Source: Myxococcales bacterium (lineage in GTDB: Bacteria > Desulfobacterota > Binatia > HRBIN30). Taken from it: 64,000 nt of DNA. Of the stretch, positions 48,024 to 58,726 are shown piece by piece. Numbering within the stretch: the stretch's first letter is position 1; the number at the start of each line of letters is the position of its first letter. A program made the translations under genes and the position numbers. Under the pieces are notes generated by a model. The model was given only the letters and a program-made list of their open reading frames with translations. It was not told where the DNA came from and did not search any database. Where the stretch lies: NCBI GenBank assembly GCA_037445065.1, contig JBBILD010000012.1:1-64000 (forward strand), given 5' to 3'.

Positions 48024-49177
48024 GGCTTCGCCTCGCCAGCAGAGTCACGGTCGTGTTGGGCGTGGGGACACACTCCAATCCGGGTGGGCACCGCTCCCTG
48101 GGCTCGCGCCACATCGGCCGCCTGAAAGGCGCGGTCAATGTCTTCCAAGGGGAAGGTCGCTCCAGCCAGGCGCGCAAAGGGGAAGCGCTCGCGGTGGCGC
48201 GCCAAGAAACCAATGGCCTCTGTTAATGCGGACGGCGGATACAAAGACACCCCGATGAGCGAGCGGTTCGGCCCGATCAGCAGCGACGGATCGGCGGCGA
48301 ACGTTTGCCCGGGAACAACGCTGCCCAAGGCCAGGTACCGTCCTCCTCGGGCGAGCATGCGGATGCCTTCCGGATACGGCGCGGGACTCCCCGCCACCTC
48401 CACCACAAGGTCCGCACCCCAGCCTCCGGTGAGCTCGAGTACACGCGCGGTCCGCTCGCGCGGATGCGGGTAATCGGTCAAGGACAGCGTGACGTCCGCG
48501 CCCATTTCCCGTGCAAATTCCAGCCGAGCGGGCAGAGCATCAATCACGATGATGGGCTCGGCTCCAGCCACCCGCGCCACAGCCGCTGCGTACAAACCCA
48601 GCCCACCCGCGCCCTGAATGACCACCGACTCTCCCGCCCGCAAGCCGGCGCGCTGGAACCCGAACCACACCTGCGACAGTGCGCAATTGGCGCCGGCTAG
48701 CTCGCTGTCAGACAGCCCTTCGGGAGCGCGGAAAAACGCTTGCCCGGGCTGGATCACGTAATACTCGGCAAAGCCTCCGACAAAGTGCGGCGGCGCTTCA
48801 CAGGGCCGGTACACGCTTGCCAAACTCATCAGGCACGCGTACGGCATGCCCCGCAAGCACACCCGGCAGCGACCACAACTGCGGTAGTAAAGCCAAGCGA
48901 TGCGGTCGCCCTCGCGCACCGGCTGACCGAGGAAGTCGGTGTGCACGCCCTTGCCCAGGGCAGCGATGGTGCCGGTCATCTCGTGCCCCAGAACGGTGGG
49001 GGGCAAGCGGCCCATCTTTTCCATCTCTCCGCGCCAAATGTGCACGTCCGAGCCGCACACATTGGCCTGAGTGATGCGCACCAGGACCTCCCCTGGCAGC
49101 GGCTCCGCGAGGGGAAATTCTCGCAAAGAGAAGGGTTCACCTGGTGCAACGAAGACGGCCGCGCGTGCACTCGACAC
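48020..49177 (-). CDS. Zinc-dependent alcohol dehydrogenase
   Basis: CGSDVH, GHE, CGRCRVC..C, GAGGLG. GTG at 49177 follows AGGAGG. Confidence 0.93.
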   Translation of the reverse strand: MSSARAAVFVAPGEPFSLREFPLAEPLPGEVLVRITQANVCGSDVHIWRGEMEKMGRLPPTVLGHEMTGTIAALGKGVHTDFLGQPVREGDRIAWLYYRSCGRCRVCLRGMPYACLMSLASVYRPCEAPPHFVGGFAEYYVIQPGQAFFRAPEGLSDSELAGANCALSQVWFGFQRAGLRAGESVVIQGAGGLGLYAAAVARVAGAEPIIVIDALPARLEFAREMGADVTLSLTDYPHPRERTARVLELTGGWGADLVVEVAGSPAPYPEGIRMLARGGRYLALGSVVPGQTFAADPSLLIGPNRSLIGVSLYPPSALTEAIGFLARHRERFPFARLAGATFPLEDIDRAFQAADVARAQGAVPTRIGVCPHAQHDRDSAGEAKP

Positions 49178-49187
49178 CGCCCGCCTC

Positions 49188-50381
49188 CTACACTTCGGCA
49201 CCACCAGTAAGCTGGCGGGCCACGATCCGGCGCTGGATGTGACCGGTACCCTCGACGATGTCCATTGCCTTCACATCGCGGAACCACTTTTCTACCAGAT
49301 GGTCGGCGCGCACCCCGGCCTCGGCAAGGATCTCGACCGCGAGGCTCGTCGCCTCCTGCGCCACCCGCGCGCAGTACGCCTTGGCTGCCGATGCTTCCAA
49401 GATGTTGGGATGCCGCTGATCGGCAAGAAACGCCGCCCGCCAGCAAAGCAGGCGGCCGCACTCGATTTTTCGCCTCATCCAGGCAAGCCGGTCGGCAATC
49501 CGCTGCCCCCGTGCCTGCGCGAACCCTTGTCCCCATTGTGCGAGTGCGAACTCGCGTGCGCGATCATAGGCCGCACGCGCGATTCCAATCGCCATTGCCG
49601 CAACGATCGGCCGCGTGGCATTAAAGCTCTGCATCGCACCCCTGAACCCGGCTCGGCCCTCGTAAGCTTGCTCCCCGCCTAGCAAGTTCTCCGCCGGCAC
49701 CCGACACTCCTCGAACACCAGCGCCGCGCTTTCGTAGGCGACCAAACCCATCTTGTCTTCGATCCGCGCAACCCGAAAGCCTGGGGTTCCTTTTTCCACC
49801 ACAAAGGCGCGATGGCCGGCGCGCCCGAGCGCAGGGTCTAGGGTCGCCCACACGACCACCCAATCGGCACGCGCTCCGTTCGAGCAGAACATCTTCTCGC
49901 CGTCGAGAATCCAATGCGAGCCGACGCGACGCGCGCGGGTGCGAATCGCCGCCACATCGGAGCCAGCTCCCGGTTCCGTCATCGCAAAGGCGCCCCAGTG
50001 TGGCCGTTCAGGGTCCGAGAAGATTCCCAAAAAGCGACGCTTTTGTTCCTCGGTGCCGAGAAGCGAGATGGGTGGGCCGCCAAGCCCAGGCCCGGGAAGG
50101 GACACCGCCACGCCGCGATCCCAATACGACATCTCTTCCGCCAGCACCACATTGCGCCGCGCCTCGGTGCGCTCTCCGCCCTGCTCGCTCGTGCCGCCGC
50201 TCCCGAGGCCAGTGCGGCCGAGGCCGAGTTCCCACACTTTGCGGTAGAAAGGATGGTCTGCAGGAACCGGGGCGTGTTGCCGATCTGCCTCGAGGCCGAG
50301 TGGGCGCATATACTCGCGCCCGAGATATCGCACCACCTCCAGCAACGACTGGGTTCGCGCGTCCACCGCGAAAGCGAGCAT
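49188..50381 (-). CDS. Acyl-CoA dehydrogenase (FadE23-like)
   Basis: FAMTEPGAGSD, GEKMFCSNG, EKWFRDVKAMDIVEGTGHIQ. Confidence 0.92.
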   Translation of the reverse strand: MLAFAVDARTQSLLEVVRYLGREYMRPLGLEADRQHAPVPADHPFYRKVWELGLGRTGLGSGGTSEQGGERTEARRNVVLAEEMSYWDRGVAVSLPGPGLGGPPISLLGTEEQKRRFLGIFSDPERPHWGAFAMTEPGAGSDVAAIRTRARRVGSHWILDGEKMFCSNGARADWVVVWATLDPALGRAGHRAFVVEKGTPGFRVARIEDKMGLVAYESAALVFEECRVPAENLLGGEQAYEGRAGFRGAMQSFNATRPIVAAMAIGIARAAYDRAREFALAQWGQGFAQARGQRIADRLAWMRRKIECGRLLCWRAAFLADQRHPNILEASAAKAYCARVAQEATSLAVEILAEAGVRADHLVEKWFRDVKAMDIVEGTGHIQRRIVARQLTGGAEV

Positions 50382-50401
50382 TGCGCGCTCCTCGTCTTTG
50401 C

Positions 50402-51472
50402 CTACGCCGCCGCCCCAACGGGACGTAGCTGCGGAATGACATGCTGCTGCATGAGTTCCATGCTCCGCAGCACCTTGCGATGATCCAGCCCTCCCAGCCG
50501 CGTCCAGCACAGCAGCGTGGTAAAGCCGAACATCTCCTGCATCTGAGTGAGCCGCTGTACGCAGTCCTCCGCCGTACCGCACACCACGGCCCCGGCCATT
50601 TGCAGTTGCTCCCACGTGACCTGCGCGGCCATGTCGCGCACGCCGACGTACGGCTCGTAAGTCTTCACCGGTGGCTCCCCGGGCGGCGGGGCGATGTACT
50701 TGGCAAACGTGCGGTAGTACCAAATCACCGGTTCGGCAAAGTCGCGAGCCGCTTGCTCCGCACTGTCCGCCACGTACACCATGATCAGCGCCGCGATCTC
50801 CTTATCGCGCGGGTCATGCCCGTGCTGGCGCAAGCTTTGCCGGTATAGCTCGAGGTTCTCTACGCCGGAGCGCCCACCGAAGCCGAACACCGGCGCACAC
50901 AGGAGGTGAAATCCGCGCCGCCCCGCTTCGATGAAACTCTCCGGGCTGAGTGCCGCCATCCAAACGGGTGGGTGCGGTTTCTGCAAAGGCTTGGGCCGCA
51001 CCGACACGCCTTCGATCCGGAAGTGGCGGCCGTAGAAGGTCACCGCCTCCTGCGTCCAAGCCTGCAGGATGATGTCTAACGACTCCTGGAACAGGCTGCG
51101 GGACTGTGACTGGTCCACACCGTAGCCGCGAAACTCATGCGGCTGGTAGCCGCGGCCGACTCCGAAATCCACGCGCCCGTTGCTCATCAGGTCGAGCAAC
51201 GCGAACTCCTCGGCCACCCGGATTGGATTGTGGAAGGGAAGAATCACGATTCCCGTGCCGAGGCGGATCCGACGGGTAACCGGCACCAGTGCCGCCAGCA
51301 TGAGCGCGGTGGAGACGCAGTACCCGTACTCGGAAAAGTGGTGTTCTGCAGGCCACACCGAGTCAAAACCCAGATCCTCGGCGGCACGAAGGATTTCCAT
51401 TTGTTCGTCCACCACTTGCTTTTCCGTCTTTCCCCGCGGGTTCTCGAGCAAGTGCAGCATGCCGAATTTCAT
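50402..51472 (-). CDS. LLM-class flavin-dependent monooxygenase
   Basis: WPAEHHF, HNPIRVAEEFALLD, GVGRGY, PKPLQKPHPP. Confidence 0.93.
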   Translation of the reverse strand: MKFGMLHLLENPRGKTEKQVVDEQMEILRAAEDLGFDSVWPAEHHFSEYGYCVSTALMLAALVPVTRRIRLGTGIVILPFHNPIRVAEEFALLDLMSNGRVDFGVGRGYQPHEFRGYGVDQSQSRSLFQESLDIILQAWTQEAVTFYGRHFRIEGVSVRPKPLQKPHPPVWMAALSPESFIEAGRRGFHLLCAPVFGFGGRSGVENLELYRQSLRQHGHDPRDKEIAALIMVYVADSAEQAARDFAEPVIWYYRTFAKYIAPPPGEPPVKTYEPYVGVRDMAAQVTWEQLQMAGAVVCGTAEDCVQRLTQMQEMFGFTTLLCWTRLGGLDHRKVLRSMELMQQHVIPQLRPVGAAA

Positions 51473-51500
51473 CCTTACCTCCTTTCCGCGCGCACCCGAC

Positions 51501-52565
51501 TTACGGGCCCGGGTCACTGGCCTCGACTGCAGTCCAACGCGCCGCGTCGTCGCAAGCAGCGTCGCGCCCGCCCCAAAGCAACGTCAAAGCACGCGCCTCG
51601 CGCATCCATTTTTCGACTGGGTGGTCGCGCAGGAACCCGTGTCCGCCCAAAAGCTGGACCGCATCGCGGGTCGCCCCGAGCGCAAGTTCGGCAGCCTCCA
51701 GGTAAGCGAACGCAGCCAGCAACGGAACCTGGCCTTCCCCTTGATCCCAGGCGGCGGCCGCTCGCCACAGCAGCGCGCGTGCCGCCTCGATGCCGATCCG
51801 CATGTCCGCCAATTCAAAAGCCGGCGCCTGATGATGCGCAATCGGTTTCCCGAACACCACCCGCTCGCAGGCGTATCTCAGCGCGTACTCGTGCGCGGCA
51901 CGCGTGAGGCCGAGCAACAGGGCTGCAAACTCAAGGCGCAAGAGGGCAGAAAAACGCTCCACCATGTCTTCTGCCTCGAGCAGCGCTACCGCTTCTGCCG
52001 CCTCCAGCGACACTTCACTAGCGCCCGCCGCATGCAGCGCTCCTGGCGCCACCGGCTGCAGCACGAGCTCGTGCGCCGAGAAGATGGCTAGCAACGACCC
52101 GCTGCGCAGGATGAGCCAATGAAGCGGATTGGCCGGGAGATACGGGATCCGTCCGTGCCAGCGCGAGGCGCTTCGCTGTACGCAGCCATCGCGGTCCCAG
52201 AACACCGCCGCGCGCAGTTCCGTGCGCAACAGATCCCCCTGCAGCCGCACCTGCGCGCCTTCGGGCAACGCTCCGACAAGCGGAATGAGCCAGCCCCGGC
52301 TCTCCAGCGCGAGCGTGCTCGCCGCATCACCCCAGGCAAGCTCCTCGAGCGCCACCACTTTTTCGACTGCACCGGCCCCGACTCCGCCCTCCGCAACGGG
52401 TGCTTGCATGCGGGGGAAGCCAATCTCTCCGTAGGCGCGCGCACACCCCTCGCTGAGCCCGTGTTGCTCGTGTTCGCGCTGGTGCGCCCGCAGCCGCGAC
52501 TCGGCAAAGGATCGGGCAGTCTCCCGCAGGAGTTCTTGTTCGCTAGTCAACGCAAAGTCGAACAC
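51501..52565 (-). CDS. Acyl-CoA dehydrogenase family protein (FadE24-like partner)
   Basis: ERVVFGKPIAHHQA, AVQLLGGHGF..HPVEKWMR. Confidence 0.88.
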   Translation of the reverse strand: MFDFALTSEQELLRETARSFAESRLRAHQREHEQHGLSEGCARAYGEIGFPRMQAPVAEGGVGAGAVEKVVALEELAWGDAASTLALESRGWLIPLVGALPEGAQVRLQGDLLRTELRAAVFWDRDGCVQRSASRWHGRIPYLPANPLHWLILRSGSLLAIFSAHELVLQPVAPGALHAAGASEVSLEAAEAVALLEAEDMVERFSALLRLEFAALLLGLTRAAHEYALRYACERVVFGKPIAHHQAPAFELADMRIGIEAARALLWRAAAAWDQGEGQVPLLAAFAYLEAAELALGATRDAVQLLGGHGFLRDHPVEKWMREARALTLLWGGRDAACDDAARWTAVEASDPGP

Positions 52566-52585
52566 GCGCTCGCTCCCTTGTCCCC

Positions 52586-53194
52586 TCAGCGCTCGTAGGC
52601 GAACGCACAGATCATGTACATTTGCGCCTCTCCGCTGCCGACGTTCTCCCAGTAGTGCGGCACGTCGCCTTTGAGGTGCAGCACGTCACCTGGTCCTACC
52701 ACGTAACTCCTGCCGCGAATGTCGAAGCGCACCCGGCCCTTGACTCCAATCACGATCTCCTCGCCGCGGTAAACGATCGGCACTTCCCGCCCACTCTTTC
52801 CGCCCGGACCAACGCGAATCAGATACCCCTCCATGCGCGGGTTCACGAGCTTCTCAGCAACGTGCTCGATCACCACTGGCACCCCGCGCACTTCGCTCAC
52901 CCTCGCCTGCCCCCGCGGCACGAAGCGCACGTCGTCGTGCGGCGGATCCTCTTCGGCGAAATAACTGATCGGGCGCCCGAGGGCCTCGGCCAGGCGGATG
53001 CACACCGCCAGCGAGGGGACCAATTTGCTGTTCTCGATCTTCAAGATCGTGCTCGGGGCCAGCCCGGCGCGCTCGCCCAACTCTCGCAGTGTAAGCCCAG
53101 CTTCCTCCCGGGCACGGCGAAACTTCTCTGCCGCCTGCCGCAACGAGGTCCGCACCCGCTGTTCCTCGACCACTCGACGGATCTGCTGCGCCAT
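52586..53194 (-). CDS. XRE-family HTH regulator with cupin domain
   Basis: LTLRELGERAGLAPSTILKIEN, GEE, PHYWEN. Confidence 0.9.
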   Translation of the reverse strand: MAQQIRRVVEEQRVRTSLRQAAEKFRRAREEAGLTLRELGERAGLAPSTILKIENSKLVPSLAVCIRLAEALGRPISYFAEEDPPHDDVRFVPRGQARVSEVRGVPVVIEHVAEKLVNPRMEGYLIRVGPGGKSGREVPIVYRGEEIVIGVKGRVRFDIRGRSYVVGPGDVLHLKGDVPHYWENVGSGEAQMYMICAFAYER

Positions 53195-53339
53195 GTTTCC
53201 CCTGTACATCATCGGAAACGCTGTTGTCAATACGCAACAAGGAACTGACTCCGAGTGGGGGTTCTGTGGGCGTGGACCGAGGCCACATCCCCGACGGCGC
53301 CAAAGCGAGCGCCTCTTCCGGCCCCGCCTCCGCTGCGAT

Positions 53340-54347
53340 ATGGAGCGGCGAACGACGGTCGGGGAGAGACTGGCAGTGGCAAAACCGCGCGAGGAACTGC
53401 AAGTAATCGTCAACCCTGCTGCCGGGGCAGGCCGCACCGCGCGGCGCTGGCCGCGTTTGCGGGAAGAACTCCTTGCCCTCGGCCTGCGCTGCGCGGCCTA
53501 TCTCACCGAGGGGCCCGGTTGGGCGACGCGTAAGGTGCGCGAGCTGTTGCGCGCCGGGGCGCGCGAGATCGCGGTGGTGGGCGGCGACGGAACCGTCAAC
53601 GAAGTGGCGAACGGCTTTTTCGAGAACGGCACACCGCTCGCGCCCGAGGCGGTGTTGTCGGTGTTGCCGTCCGGCACCGGGCACGATTTCGCGCGCAGCC
53701 TGGGGATCTCCTCCTTGCGGGCTGCCCTGCGGGCGTTAGAGAGCGGTGAGGTTCGCTCCATTGACATCGGTGCGGCCACCTTCCGAAACGGTGGCGAGAC
53801 CCGCGCGCGGTACTTCGTGAATGCGGCGGATGTGGGGCTCGGTGCGGCAGCCGCGGCGCGCGTGAACCGGTCGCGCAAGTTGGTGGGTGGACTTCTCACT
53901 TACATCGCCGGGGCCATCGGGGCGCTGGTGTCCTTTCGCTCACAGGCGCTGCGGGTCACGGCGGACGGCGAAACGCTCCTGCAGGGCCCGAGCGACATGG
54001 TTTTGGTTGCCAACGGCCGCTTCCACGCCGGGGGGATGCGGATGGCGCCGGTGGCAGACCTGAGCGACGGCTGGCTCGAAGTGTACGCTCTTCGCCACGT
54101 GTCGCGCTGGAGACTGTTGCTCGAAATCCTGCCACTGGCGGCTCTCGGGCGCCACGTCGGTCACCCGGCGCTTTGTTACCGCCGGGCGCGGCACGTGGAA
54201 GTATCGTGCGCCTCGCCGCTGCTGTTCGAAATGGATGGCGAGCAGCCAGGAACCACGGATGTGCAGATCCGCGTGGTCCCTGCTTCGCTTCGCGTCCGCG
54301 CGGCAGTACTCAATCCGCAGGAAGTGGTTCCCGGTGCGGTAAGCTGA
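53340..54347 (+). CDS. Diacylglycerol/lipid kinase (YegS/BmrU family)
   Basis: IVNPAAG, GGDGTVNE, GTGHDFAR, MDGE. Confidence 0.92.
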   Translation: MERRTTVGERLAVAKPREELQVIVNPAAGAGRTARRWPRLREELLALGLRCAAYLTEGPGWATRKVRELLRAGAREIAVVGGDGTVNEVANGFFENGTPLAPEAVLSVLPSGTGHDFARSLGISSLRAALRALESGEVRSIDIGAATFRNGGETRARYFVNAADVGLGAAAAARVNRSRKLVGGLLTYIAGAIGALVSFRSQALRVTADGETLLQGPSDMVLVANGRFHAGGMRMAPVADLSDGWLEVYALRHVSRWRLLLEILPLAALGRHVGHPALCYRRARHVEVSCASPLLFEMDGEQPGTTDVQIRVVPASLRVRAAVLNPQEVVPGAVS

Positions 54348-56895
54348 GGAGAAACGTCGCCGCTTCGTGCGCGCGCACGAAGGCACGTAAATACGGAAAA
54401 TCGAAGTCCGCGGTACCGCAGGAAGTGCGGCCATCGAGTCGCGTACGTTCCACGGCGGCGACCGGAAAGCCGAAGCGCACGCGCACTTCCTGCCCGCTGT
54501 CGGTCGGATTCAGGATCCGAAGCATGAGTGCAGACTCTGTCCACGGCCGGAAGGCACTCAACACCACGCTCAACGGCTCGATCTCGAGCAAGCTTTCGCC
54601 TGCAGCAAGGCCGGCGCCGGAACCCGCGATCACCCCCCACAAACCGACTTCCGCGTCCAGTGCTCGGCGCGTGTCCACGCCAGGCAGTAGGTGCAGCGAG
54701 GCGGATTGGCGTCCGCGACACTGCGCCCCTGGCGTGGGAATCATCGGCCCGGCTAGTTCCGCCCGCGTCGCCAGACCAGGTAAGGACAACCAGCCGACGG
54801 CGCGAACGAGTGTGATGGCGATGGTCCCATCGCTGCGCACCTCGGCTTCCGGCAGGCCCGGAGCGACCACGGTGAGACCGTTGGCGTGAACCCAGCCTTG
54901 GTGGGGAATCGTGCACGGTGCGGGGTGAACCCACGTCGCATCGTCGGCCGGCTCGACTTTCCAGCGGGCAATGTCGAACGTCGAGGCAGCCAAGAATTCC
55001 CGGGTCGGCTTTCCGCTCGGAAACAACAGGCGCAGGCGATGGTCGTCCGCCGTGTTGTCCCAAGCGACCTGCACGTCCACCCGCTCGAGTTCAGGCAGGA
55101 GTCGCACCCGGATCCACAGCGGCAGGGTGACCTCTTGCTCGCCCCGCCGCTCGCGATCGGCGGTGAGACCCATGGGTAGGCGCAGAACCTGGGCGATTTC
55201 GAGGATCTGGATTCCACTGCGATGCCGCCGGCGCGTGATGCCCAGCGACTCGAGGGTCACCTTTCCACCAGGGGCGGGGTCGAAATCATACGTGTCGCCG
55301 CGGTCGCCCTGATCTTCGGTGGCGGCCAGCCCGGAAAACACCGTCCCATCGGCAAAGCGCACGCCGAACGTGCCGTCGTCGTCCGCCCAAACGCGCACCA
55401 AACCGTTGGTGATTTCCCGACCCGAGTCCTCCGCGTCCGGTTCTGCTTCGTTGGTCGGTCGAAGCGGCAGCCGCACACAGCCAAAGGGCGGGACGTTGCG
55501 GACGAAACACTCGAGCGCCAGCGGGGAACGATCCACACTGAGGCGCGTGCGAGCCGCCCCCTCCTCGTTCACGAGGCGTGCCGGTTGGCCACATACGCTG
55601 AACCCCGCGTGAACGACCGAGGCGGCCAGCAGCGGATGCACCGCAATCGCGTGCTGGGCGTCGTCGCTGAAGTCAATCCACGGTTCCGCATCGAGCGGAA
55701 TCCGGACCACGTCACTGCGCCAATGCGGCGAAGGGTTGAACACGACGACTTCCCATGGCTCGGTGGCGGGCGTGCGGCGCGCCACAGCATGGCCGGCAAA
55801 GCGCTCGAGGACACGGCGCGTGGTCTCCCGCGCCAACTCTTCGGCGGCCGCAAAGCGATAGCGCATCTGCTCGTGGACCTGGTCTTGCGAGCATCCGCAA
55901 ATGGAGTCGTGGGCGTGATTTTGCAGCAACCAGCGCCAGGCGCAGCGCAGGGCGGCACGTTCGTCGAGCTGCAAGCAGGCTAGGGCCAGTGCGGCCCACG
56001 GCTCCGCCCAAGCAAGCAACAGCGACTCACAACGGCGGTTGTACTGTTTCAAATGAAGGCGGCTAGACCAAACGCCTGGCAGCAGGTTCGCCACGCGCGC
56101 CCCCAACATCGCGCCGCGAACCTGCTCCTGCGGCTCAGGCAACGCGGCTGTGAACTCATCCAGAGTAGCGACCTGCACCGGTGCCCCGAGTTCTGCCGAG
56201 AGCGCCTGCGCGACAGCACGGACGTGCGGGTCCGGCGGCGCGTGGTCAATCCCGTTCATCAGCACAACCGCACCACTGCGGCTCTCGCGCCCCAGACGCT
56301 CCGCTACCGGGACGAGAAAGCGCACCGCCTCGCTCACCTGACTGGGAAGGCGTGCGGCGCTGAAATACCCGAGGCGCAGGTGGTGCGCGCACACCGTGCT
56401 GCCATCCGGGGCCTGCCAGGCGAATTCCGCCGGCAGCCGATCCAGCTCGCTTCCCAACCCTCTCCAAGACACGAACCAACGCAGCCCAAAGCCACGCAAA
56501 ATCTGCGGCAACTGCGCCGGATGGCCGAAGGAGTCGGGTGTATACGCGACCCGAGACGGCGGACCGAAGGCGCGCGCGACGCGCTCGCCTTCTTCTAGAT
56601 TGCGGATCAGCGACTCGCCGCTCGGCAGCAGGGTGTCCGGCTGCACGTACCAGGGCCCGACCGCCAAGCGGCCATCGTGGATGAGGCGCGCCAGCGTCGC
56701 AGCGCGCCGCGGTCGCAGTTCCAGATAATCTTCGAGTACAATGCTTTGGCCGTCGAGCACAAACCGGTCCTCGGGATCGCGTTCCAAGCGCTCCAGGACG
56801 AGCTCCACCGCGTCCACCAAGCGTGCACGAAACTCCTGGAAGGTGCGGTACCACTCGCGGTCCCAATGCGTGTGACTGACCACAAAGTACCGCAT
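54310..56895 (-). CDS. Glycoside hydrolase family 38 alpha-mannosidase (MngB-like)
   Basis: SHTHWDREW, GPWYVQPD, PDSFGH, NHAHDSICGCS. Confidence 0.93.
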   Translation of the reverse strand: MRYFVVSHTHWDREWYRTFQEFRARLVDAVELVLERLERDPEDRFVLDGQSIVLEDYLELRPRRAATLARLIHDGRLAVGPWYVQPDTLLPSGESLIRNLEEGERVARAFGPPSRVAYTPDSFGHPAQLPQILRGFGLRWFVSWRGLGSELDRLPAEFAWQAPDGSTVCAHHLRLGYFSAARLPSQVSEAVRFLVPVAERLGRESRSGAVVLMNGIDHAPPDPHVRAVAQALSAELGAPVQVATLDEFTAALPEPQEQVRGAMLGARVANLLPGVWSSRLHLKQYNRRCESLLLAWAEPWAALALACLQLDERAALRCAWRWLLQNHAHDSICGCSQDQVHEQMRYRFAAAEELARETTRRVLERFAGHAVARRTPATEPWEVVVFNPSPHWRSDVVRIPLDAEPWIDFSDDAQHAIAVHPLLAASVVHAGFSVCGQPARLVNEEGAARTRLSVDRSPLALECFVRNVPPFGCVRLPLRPTNEAEPDAEDSGREITNGLVRVWADDDGTFGVRFADGTVFSGLAATEDQGDRGDTYDFDPAPGGKVTLESLGITRRRHRSGIQILEIAQVLRLPMGLTADRERRGEQEVTLPLWIRVRLLPELERVDVQVAWDNTADDHRLRLLFPSGKPTREFLAASTFDIARWKVEPADDATWVHPAPCTIPHQGWVHANGLTVVAPGLPEAEVRSDGTIAITLVRAVGWLSLPGLATRAELAGPMIPTPGAQCRGRQSASLHLLPGVDTRRALDAEVGLWGVIAGSGAGLAAGESLLEIEPLSVVLSAFRPWTESALMLRILNPTDSGQEVRVRFGFPVAAVERTRLDGRTSCGTADFDFPYLRAFVRAHEAATFLLSLPHREPLPAD

Positions 56896-56913
56896 CGCGC
56901 CTACTACGTCCTC

Positions 56914-58110
56914 TTACTTCAAGCGCGCCACCAGGCGGTGCCCCTGCACCGTCTCCCGCCACGCTTGCTCCACTTGGCTGTGCTCCAGCGCGAGCAAGCG
57001 CGCCCCGACCTCGAGTGGTGAGGGCAGTCCGAGCACGGCGGCCTCTGCCAGCGCACAAGCCAACTCCAGGCGGTCTTCGATCAGCATTGCCTGGCGATAG
57101 CGGACTTTCTTGCGGGCGTGCTCGACTTCCTCGCAACTGAAACCGTCGCGCACCGTCCGCTCACAAATTCCATTCAGGACTTCTTCGAGTTGCCCGACTT
57201 GCTTGAGCGCGGTGCTCGAACCCATGGTCACGACCGCCCAGTCGGGCCCCCACTGCAGAGAACCAGACACATCGTAACCCAGGCCGAACCGCTGGCGGAC
57301 TTCCTGGAAAAGAATGCTGTCGGGACCGCCGGCAATGAGTTCCAAAGCCAAGCTCGTCGCCAGTAGAGCGTCCAATTCCAACGGCGGCGCCAGAAACAGG
57401 ACCACAAAGCCTACGCTCGAGCGACCCCGGTGTTCGACCAGCCCTCCGTTGCCAAGGCCGACGGCCGGCGTTTGCGGCGGATCCGCTGGATCGTGCCTTA
57501 CAAAATGTCTCTCCACCGCTTCCCGCACTTGCTCGAGCCCTACGCCTCCAACCACAGCCAGTACCGTTTTGGCGTGCAAAAAGTGCGTGCGCAGAAATTC
57601 CAACACGGCCGCGCGCGAGGTACGGCGCACGCTGCTCAGCGACCCGCAAATGGGATGAGCAATCGCGCCAGAAAAAAACGTGCACCAGGCGTCGCGGTGC
57701 AGCACCTCTACCGGATCGCTGTTGCGCCCGCGGATTTCGTCCAACACCACCAGTCGCTCGGAGCGAAAGCGCTCGGGCGGCACCTGGCTGTGATAAAACT
57801 GCCCGGCGAGCACCCGCACCCCGGCATCCAGGTTCTCGTTGAACACGTCCAGGGTGAGCGCCATTGTTTCGTAATTGGTGTTCGCATTATGGTTGCCGCC
57901 GAGCCCCGCAGCCAGCCGGTTTAGAGCAAGCTGGTCCAGCTCCGCCGTGCCTTGAAACAGCATGTGCTCGGCCAGGTGCGCAATGCCCGGGTGTAGGCCG
58001 TCGAACCGAGCCCCGGCGCGCACGGTCAGCGACAACGCAGTCAGCGGCCCTGGCTGGTACACGTAAATCACATGCAAGCCATTGTGAAAAAAGCGCTCCT
58101 CCTGCCCCAC
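56914..58110 (-). CDS. M16 family zinc peptidase
   Basis: GIAHLAEHMLFQGT (HxxEH), NANT, EVRQRFGLGY. Confidence 0.9.
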   Translation of the reverse strand: MGQEERFFHNGLHVIYVYQPGPLTALSLTVRAGARFDGLHPGIAHLAEHMLFQGTAELDQLALNRLAAGLGGNHNANTNYETMALTLDVFNENLDAGVRVLAGQFYHSQVPPERFRSERLVVLDEIRGRNSDPVEVLHRDAWCTFFSGAIAHPICGSLSSVRRTSRAAVLEFLRTHFLHAKTVLAVVGGVGLEQVREAVERHFVRHDPADPPQTPAVGLGNGGLVEHRGRSSVGFVVLFLAPPLELDALLATSLALELIAGGPDSILFQEVRQRFGLGYDVSGSLQWGPDWAVVTMGSSTALKQVGQLEEVLNGICERTVRDGFSCEEVEHARKKVRYRQAMLIEDRLELACALAEAAVLGLPSPLEVGARLLALEHSQVEQAWRETVQGHRLVARLK

Positions 58111-58120
58111 CGTGTACCCT

Positions 58121-58726
58121 TCAGACCTCGCTCTCTTGCAAGTAAGATCGGGCCGCGTTCCACTGTCGTTGGTCAATGTGACCACTGGCCAGCAAGGCCG
58201 CCAGCAACTCATCGACTTTCAGCACGCTGTGCAAGCGCAAGCCGCGTTCGGCCAAAGCGGCGGCTGCGTTGCGCGAGCGGTCCACCACCACGAGAATGTC
58301 TTCCACGACCACGTGGTGCTCACGCAACAGGGCCACGGCCTCCTCCTTTGCTCCGCCGCTGGTAATCACGTCATCAATCACCAATGCCCGATTGCCCGGC
58401 TCGAAGCGGCCCTCGATCGTTCGCGCGGTGCCGTATCCCTTGGCTTCCTTGCGCGGGTAAATCATCGGGCGATCCATCTCCAATGCTGTCGCCAGTGCCA
58501 GTGGTAGGCCGGCGTAAGGAATCCCAGCCAGAACGTCGAACGGGATCGTATTTGCCTTCTCGGCCAGTGCAACCGCGAGCCGGCGCAAGGCACGCGGGTA
58601 CGACACGATGCTTCGCAAGTCAATGTAAAAGGGGGAGGTACGGCCGTCCTTGAGGCGGAAACTGCCGAAGCGCACCGCTCCAATGTCAGCGAGAAGCTGA
58701 GCGACCTCCGCTTGGCTTCCGTTCAT
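58121..58726 (-). CDS. pyrE: Orotate phosphoribosyltransferase
   Basis: FGSFRLKDGRTSPFYIDLR, RKEAKGYG, VIDDVITSG. Confidence 0.93.
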   Translation of the reverse strand: MNGSQAEVAQLLADIGAVRFGSFRLKDGRTSPFYIDLRSIVSYPRALRRLAVALAEKANTIPFDVLAGIPYAGLPLALATALEMDRPMIYPRKEAKGYGTARTIEGRFEPGNRALVIDDVITSGGAKEEAVALLREHHVVVEDILVVVDRSRNAAAALAERGLRLHSVLKVDELLAALLASGHIDQRQWNAARSYLQESEV

